From Bacillota bacterium (lineage in GTDB: Bacteria > Bacillota > Clostridia > Peptostreptococcales > Anaerovoracaceae): 64,000 bases of DNA. The position numbers and the translations under genes were made by a program. Numbering within the stretch: the stretch's first letter is position 1; every line of letters begins with the position of its first letter. Shown piece after piece: positions 63,052 to 64,000 of this stretch. Below the pieces are notes generated by a model. That model did no database searches and was not told where the DNA came from. It saw only the letters and a list, made by a program, of their open reading frames with translations. The stretch is from the NCBI GenBank assembly GCA_030530285.1, contig JAUMVD010000001.1:26273-90272 (forward strand), given 5' to 3'.

Positions 63052-64000
63052 ATGCCTAAGTACAGAGATTTAGAATTAGCAAACGCATGTTATAAATTGA
63101 TGCATGATCTGGTACAGGTCAAGAAGGGTGAGAGCGTACTCATCACTACTGACACCAAGCCTGATTTCGGTATCATCGAAGAAATGGCAAAGGCTGCGGA
63201 GGTGCTGGGAGCCAAGACAATGATCGCATATCACTCCACACCAAAGGGCTACGGCGCGCTGACGATGCCATACCTGCCTGAACCGCTCATCGAGTGTGTA
63301 GATAAGACAGACGTATGGGTCGAAATGAATGACCAGTGGCTGCTCTACTCACCAATCTGGGACAAGGCCGTAACCAACGGACGCACCAGACAGGTCATGC
63401 TGGGCGGACTGGCTGTGGATCAGTTCGTAAGATGCATCGGCGAAATCGATCTGGAAGCGCAGCTTCAGTTCCAGAATAAGCTGACAGCTATGACAAAAGC
63501 TGCCAAGCACATGAGAATCACTAACGCGGCAGGCACCGATATCGAGTTCGATAACGATCCGGCAAGACCTGTTGCCAACGAAGGCGATTACAGTTTCCCT
63601 GGCGGTCACTTCCTGATCGGACAGATCGGATGGGCTCCTAAGGAAGACACCATCAACGGCGTGATCGCATTTGACGGAACGATTTCAGGCGGCGGCGACG
63701 CAGAACTGGGACACCTGGAAGAGCCTGTTAAGTACATTGTCAAGGAAGGCCGCATCCAGGAGATCCAGGGCGGCTGGCAGGCCGATAAGCTGAGAGCATA
63801 TTATAAGAGTCTGAACGATCCTAACATGTACATCGCGGCGCACGTATGCTACGGCGTAAATCCGAATGCAAAGCTTGAAGGCTGCACGACAGAGGACGAG
63901 AGACTTTGGGGTAGTACGCAGTGGGGATTTGGTCATCAGGGTTCATGTTACTCCGGAGGAGAGCCGAGAAACGCGGTAAGCCATATCGACGGCATCTGCA
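63052..64000 (+). CDS. M29 aminopeptidase-like (AmpS/NicX-like fold) protein; 3' end outside the window; not in the ORF track
   Basis: The ATG at 63052 lies 6 nt after AAGGAGGG. The frame stays open to nt 64000 (MPKYRDLELANACYKLMHDLVQVKKGESVLITTD...). Family assignment is by resemblance only. Confidence 0.5.
   Translation, partial: MPKYRDLELANACYKLMHDLVQVKKGESVLITTDTKPDFGIIEEMAKAAEVLGAKTMIAYHSTPKGYGALTMPYLPEPLIECVDKTDVWVEMNDQWLLYSPIWDKAVTNGRTRQVMLGGLAVDQFVRCIGEIDLEAQLQFQNKLTAMTKAAKHMRITNAAGTDIEFDNDPARPVANEGDYSFPGGHFLIGQIGWAPKEDTINGVIAFDGTISGGGDAELGHLEEPVKYIVKEGRIQEIQGGWQADKLRAYYKSLNDPNMYIAAHVCYGVNPNAKLEGCTTEDERLWGSTQWGFGHQGSCYSGGEPRNAVSHIDGIC

Overview
The gene content suggests a chromosomal segment from a strictly anaerobic Firmicutes/Clostridia-type bacterium. 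This is an inference; no rRNA or tRNA gene is present to confirm it. I found no CRISPR array, IS element or prophage.

Main blocks, in order:
1. 1-2100: housekeeping genes.
2. 2269-5218: a visibly AT-rich islet. It holds decayed polymorphic-toxin/immunity-like modules, including an orphan RHS core tail.
3. 7358-19035: a lysine-fermentation locus (kal, kdd, kamA, kamD, kamE, and acetoacetate CoA-transferase subunits annotated here as atoD/atoA). A sigma-54 activator sits in this locus, and its N-terminal half is a degenerate copy of the pathway enzyme Kdd. Two sigma-54 promoters and a shared GAACC-N6-GGTTC site are readable. An uncharacterised P-loop + MutS-like gene pair sits between kamA and kamDE.
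4. 19036-19745: a 710-bp repeat-dense non-coding region next to cysK.
5. 20900-33800: reverse rubrerythrin, a Big_2 surface protein, a YtrA-type ABC operon and assorted metabolic genes.
6. 33960-34189: a DnaA-box cluster in an AT-rich intergenic region.
7. 34292-46510: two long AraC paralogs, a saccharopine-dehydrogenase-like gene, a glycyl radical enzyme (GRE), its activase, an SDR and two tandem APC permeases. The Cys loop of the GRE reads GCTQP, not the GCVEP of the known eliminases. The three transcription units share a 40-nt operator-like element. This is my best candidate for an undescribed pathway.
8. 46572-50238: a CsbB/YfhO-type glycosylation pair.
9. 50207-55640: a MocR regulator lacking the PLP lysine, an ECF S component, aroD and ecfA1A2T.
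10. 55662-59907: trmB, an aminotransferase, a YdbC/PC4-like protein and a uridine-kinase-family protein.
11. 59921-64000: a PucR regulator, an NCS1 permease with an in-frame TGA at a Trp-like position, and a partial M29-like gene.

All functional calls come from motif reading by eye. No database search was run.
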